Shown here: piece after piece, positions 60,805-64,000 of the stretch
How the letters are laid out: every line of letters begins with the position of its first letter
Numbering within the stretch: the first letter of the stretch is position 1
Assembly (NCBI GenBank): GCA_027364845.1
Contig: DAHXOO010000005.1
Coordinates: forward strand, 35,198-99,197
DNA from: Pseudomonadota bacterium
GTDB taxonomy: Bacteria; Pseudomonadota; Gammaproteobacteria; Acidiferrobacterales; UBA6901
DNA: 64,000 bases
Direction: 5' to 3'
Position numbers and translations under genes: made by a program
Notes under the pieces: model-generated
What the model was told of the DNA's origin: nothing
Seen by the model: the letters and a program-made list of their open reading frames with translations, nothing else
Database searches by the model: none

Positions 60805-61662
60805 TTATTTCGGGGAGATATTGTCCATGTTTGCCGTACCCTGCGCCAGCATTTCCTCCAGGATCTGAGCGAGCCGCGCGACTACGGCCGTGTCGAGGGA
60901 ACGTTCGCCGGATTTCCGCAACTCGAGGTCAAGGCGCGCCGCCGCAAGTATCGCAATCCTGTGAGCGTCGGCCGACGGCAGCGCTGCAGGGGGTGGTGGT
61001 ACCGGCTCGCGTGATGCTGGCTCGGATACGGTCGACATGCTTGCATGTGCTGGTGTTGAGCTGCTCCCGGGTACGAGATCAATGGCATTCTCGAGCACTG
61101 GAATGTCGTCCCAGCATGCCTCGACCGAAGTGTGTGGTTGCAGTTCACGACTCTGGCGGTAATCATTCCGGTCGCCCGCCGTGAAGCTTTTTGGCATGTC
61201 CGGGACTTGCACGCTGGGCATTTCCTCTGCAATCGAGGTTGCCGGATCCGAAAATGGCAACTGCTGCTGAATAGCCTCGCTTGCGAAATGTCGATCTGGA
61301 TCCCGGTTAGTCAGTGCCTTGCCGCCTGGCCGTGGGGCACTGGTCGGGGGCAGGTTTTCCGGTGCCATTGGGGGTGGCTGGGCGAGATCCTTCAGGGTGA
61401 GCGCTGTGTCTTCGTGGGGGACGTACTGGGTATCGTGCTCGGCTGACTCGAGGGCGGCAAGGCTCCCTTCGAGCTGGGTGATCACGTCCACCGGTGTGGG
61501 CAGATCAGGCAATTTCTCGGCGTGCACCGCCGCGGGGTCGGCCTGTGCTGCCATGCCCTGAAGATCATTGCGCAGCAGGTCCTGCAAGGAATGCAGAACC
61601 TCCTCCAGGGTGTGCCTGGGCGATGGGGTATGCTTCGTCTTATCGGCGGGCCCGTCTGTCAT
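60805..61662 (-). CDS. hypothetical acidic/Pro-rich, probably disordered protein
   Basis: 285-aa ORF filling the holC-valS gap. Only the N- and C-terminal ends look helical. Confidence 0.5.
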   Translation of the reverse strand: MTDGPADKTKHTPSPRHTLEEVLHSLQDLLRNDLQGMAAQADPAAVHAEKLPDLPTPVDVITQLEGSLAALESAEHDTQYVPHEDTALTLKDLAQPPPMAPENLPPTSAPRPGGKALTNRDPDRHFASEAIQQQLPFSDPATSIAEEMPSVQVPDMPKSFTAGDRNDYRQSRELQPHTSVEACWDDIPVLENAIDLVPGSSSTPAHASMSTVSEPASREPVPPPPAALPSADAHRIAILAAARLDLELRKSGERSLDTAVVARLAQILEEMLAQGTANMDNISPK

Positions 61663-61694
61663 TGCGGTAGTTTAGGTCGCCGTCAGGGACGGTG

Positions 61695-62132
61695 CTAGAC
61701 CGTATGGTTCTCCAGCGGGTAACCACGATCGCGGTAGAACCGGAACCGAATGCGCGCCTGCTGCTTTTCTTCCTCTTCCGCGCCGACGAATTCGGCCACG
61801 CGCTGGAAGCGGCTGAAGCAGCCTGGCACCTCGGGCCTCAGAGATACCAGGATGTCGTGGCAGGTCGGGGGTGGTTCCTCGTGCCCGATGAATACTGTCG
61901 TGTGCGGGTCGTCCGCAGAGTCATCGCCGCACCGGCTGAGCCGGTGCGGGATGAAGCTTCCGGGGCTGAACGTCCATAGCAGTTCGTCCAGGCGGGCGGA
62001 CCGCTGCGGATCAGCGGTCAGAATGTAGGTCTCGTGGCCAAGGCGGAAGGCCTTTTCCACGAACCGGCACACCAGCAGATCCGGGTTGCCGACATCTGGG
62101 TTCTGCGGTACATAGAAATCGATGTGGGTCAT
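61695..62132 (-). CDS. holC: DNA polymerase III subunit chi
   Basis: MTHIDFYV..., LDELLWTF block. The ATG overlaps the pepA stop (ATGA). Confidence 0.85.
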   Translation of the reverse strand: MTHIDFYVPQNPDVGNPDLLVCRFVEKAFRLGHETYILTADPQRSARLDELLWTFSPGSFIPHRLSRCGDDSADDPHTTVFIGHEEPPPTCHDILVSLRPEVPGCFSRFQRVAEFVGAEEEEKQQARIRFRFYRDRGYPLENHTV

Positions 62133-63640
62133 GCCTCCAGGTGTCCGCGGTTTTCGCTGCGTTCGATCAGGAACGTCGTGAGCAGTGGCACCGGTCGGCC
62201 CGTGGCCCCTTTCTCCTTGCCGGTTTTCCATGCGGTGCCTGCGATATCCAGGTGGGCCCATTTGAATTTCTTTGTATAGCGGGCGAGAAAGCAGGCGGCG
62301 GTGATGGCGCCGGCGTCGCGTCCCCCGATGTTCGCCATGTCCGCAAAATTGCTGTCGAGCTGCTTTTGATAATCATCCCACAATGGAAGCTGCCAGGCCC
62401 GGTCGAAAGAATACTTTCCGGCGCCGATCAGCGAGCGCGCAAGTGGCTCGCTGTTGCTCATCAGGCCGCTGGCATGCCTGCCCAGTGCGACAACGCAGGC
62501 GCCGGTGAGCGTGGCCAGATCCACCACCACCGAAGGATTGAAACGCTCGGTGTAAGTCAGGGCGTCGCACAGAATCAGGCGGCCTTCAGCGTCGGTGTTC
62601 AGGATTTCTATGGTCTGTCCTGACATGCTGGTGACGACGTCGCCCGGCTTATTAGCGTTGCCGTCCGGCAGGTTCTCCGAGCTCGGGATCACCCCGACCA
62701 CGTTGATAGGGAGCCTCAGCTCCGCAATCGCCCTGAGGGTCCCAAGCACGGCCGCTCCGCCGCACATATCGTATTTCATCTCGTCCATTTCAGCGGCCGG
62801 CTTGATGGAAATTCCGCCGGCGTCGAAGGTAAGGCCTTTGCCCACTAGTGCAACCGGCGGCTGGGCTTCGGGGCCACCCCGGTACTCGACGACGATCAGC
62901 TTCGGTGGCTGGCTGCTGCCACGCGCTACCGACAGCAACGCACCCATGCCAAGCGCTCGCATGTCCGGCTCATCGAGCACGGTGGTTTTGACGCCGTACT
63001 CCTCGTGCAGCGCCCACGCCTGATCAGCCAGATAGCTTGGGGTGCATATGTTGCCTGGCAGATTGCCGAGATCCTTCGCCAGCTTCACACCGGCGCTGAT
63101 GGCTCTGCCCTGGCGCACGGCGTTTTCGGCGGGTGCCAGGTCACTGCGCTTCGGAACCATCAGCACCATGCGGTGCAATGCATGGTGCTTCTCGCTCTTA
63201 CGGCTTTTCATCTGATCGAACCGGTAATACGCCTCTTCCGTGATTTCCACTGCGTGGCGCAGCTTCCAGTTGAGGTCGCGGCCCCTGACATCCAGATCGG
63301 CGATGATAAAGACCGCTGCCTCGGTTGCTCCCGTCTGGCCCAAGGCACGCGCGGCGTGCCCGAGAATTACGCGGTAGGATCCATCGCCCAGATCCTTCTC
63401 TTTGCCGCAGCCGATCAGCAGTACGCGCTCACTGGGGATATTCGGCACGTGATGCAGCAGCAGTGACTGTCCGATGCTGCCGGCATGGTCCCCGCGACGC
63501 AGGATGGCGGTGAGCCCGCCTCCCGAAATCTGGTCCAGCTGGCGGGCGCTGGCAGTGAGCTTGCGGCCTTCGAACACGCCCACAACGATGCACGCGCTGC
63601 GTTGCTTTTCCGGGCCGCCGCTTTTTACAATGAATTCCAT
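62129..63640 (-). CDS. pepA: leucyl aminopeptidase
   Basis: 503 aa. NTDAEGRL, GKGLTFDAGGISIKP and MKYDMCGGAAV motifs. Confidence 0.95.
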   Translation of the reverse strand: MEFIVKSGGPEKQRSACIVVGVFEGRKLTASARQLDQISGGGLTAILRRGDHAGSIGQSLLLHHVPNIPSERVLLIGCGKEKDLGDGSYRVILGHAARALGQTGATEAAVFIIADLDVRGRDLNWKLRHAVEITEEAYYRFDQMKSRKSEKHHALHRMVLMVPKRSDLAPAENAVRQGRAISAGVKLAKDLGNLPGNICTPSYLADQAWALHEEYGVKTTVLDEPDMRALGMGALLSVARGSSQPPKLIVVEYRGGPEAQPPVALVGKGLTFDAGGISIKPAAEMDEMKYDMCGGAAVLGTLRAIAELRLPINVVGVIPSSENLPDGNANKPGDVVTSMSGQTIEILNTDAEGRLILCDALTYTERFNPSVVVDLATLTGACVVALGRHASGLMSNSEPLARSLIGAGKYSFDRAWQLPLWDDYQKQLDSNFADMANIGGRDAGAITAACFLARYTKKFKWAHLDIAGTAWKTGKEKGATGRPVPLLTTFLIERSENRGHLEA

Positions 63641-63857
63641 GGGCACCTCTGGGTTGTGCGAGTCTTTGCGCGTGCAGATTATGGTATATTTTGCGTCGCA
63701 AGCACATCCCCGCCGAGGATCCGGATCGGCGCTCAAGATCATGAGACTGCAGGGAGAGGCTTGTTATCGAGATGGATAGGTGAACCATGGCCATGGTTTT
63801 TCCCCACGTTCTGCATGCAAGATTTCCGTGGGCCCAGCCTGAGGCCACCGACGAATC

Positions 63858-64000
63858 ATGCTGATCATCGACCGCGCCCTCATGCGCGAGACTTTTCAGT
63901 CGAGTATCGCGGTCACGTCCATCTTTCTCGTGCTGTTTCTGGTTATCAGTCTGGTAAACGGCCTGGCGAAAGCTGCGGTAGGCGACGTGCCGGTGACGAT
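63858..64000 (+). CDS. lptF: LPS export ABC transporter permease LptF, 5' part only (runs off window)
   Basis: MLIIDRALMRETFQSSIAVTSIFLVLF... is open to the window end. Divergent from pepA, as in E. coli. Confidence 0.7.
   Translation, partial: MLIIDRALMRETFQSSIAVTSIFLVLFLVISLVNGLAKAAVGDVPVT

Overview
GC-rich proteobacterial chromosomal segment. The pepA-holC-valS order with divergent lptF points to Gammaproteobacteria. It is densely coding: about 55 CDS are called, most with recognisable motifs. By eye I found no rRNA, tRNA, CRISPR array, IS element, integrase or prophage block. Most genes are housekeeping or stress functions: pirin, dienelactone hydrolase, thioredoxin, PbpG-like endopeptidase, NrtR-nadA, ald, msrA, hsp20-lon, ppc, a DUF3683 flavo-Fe-S dehydrogenase, prs-like, EEP-ClsB, pepN, the prkA-yeaH-spoVR triad, valS, holC and pepA. 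The stand-out locus is 36.2-40.8 kb. It holds an EgtB-family C-S/C-Se bond-forming enzyme, a divergently transcribed glycosyltransferase 41 bp away, and a convergent SelD selenophosphate synthetase fused to an NDH-2-like flavoprotein. Together these look like a rearranged senA/senB/senC-type selenoneine or selenosugar pathway, with no Sec-incorporation genes nearby. Secondary points of interest: a LOG / DEDDh exoribonuclease / small-alarmone-hydrolase tandem; an ExeA-like ATPase with an unusual membrane and coiled-coil C-terminus; an orphan DUF2384 antitoxin-like gene; a decayed uvrA-like remnant; two roughly 0.8-1 kb stretches with no convincing gene; and several perfect palindromes in short intergenic regions. 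All family calls come from motif reading and memory, not from searches.
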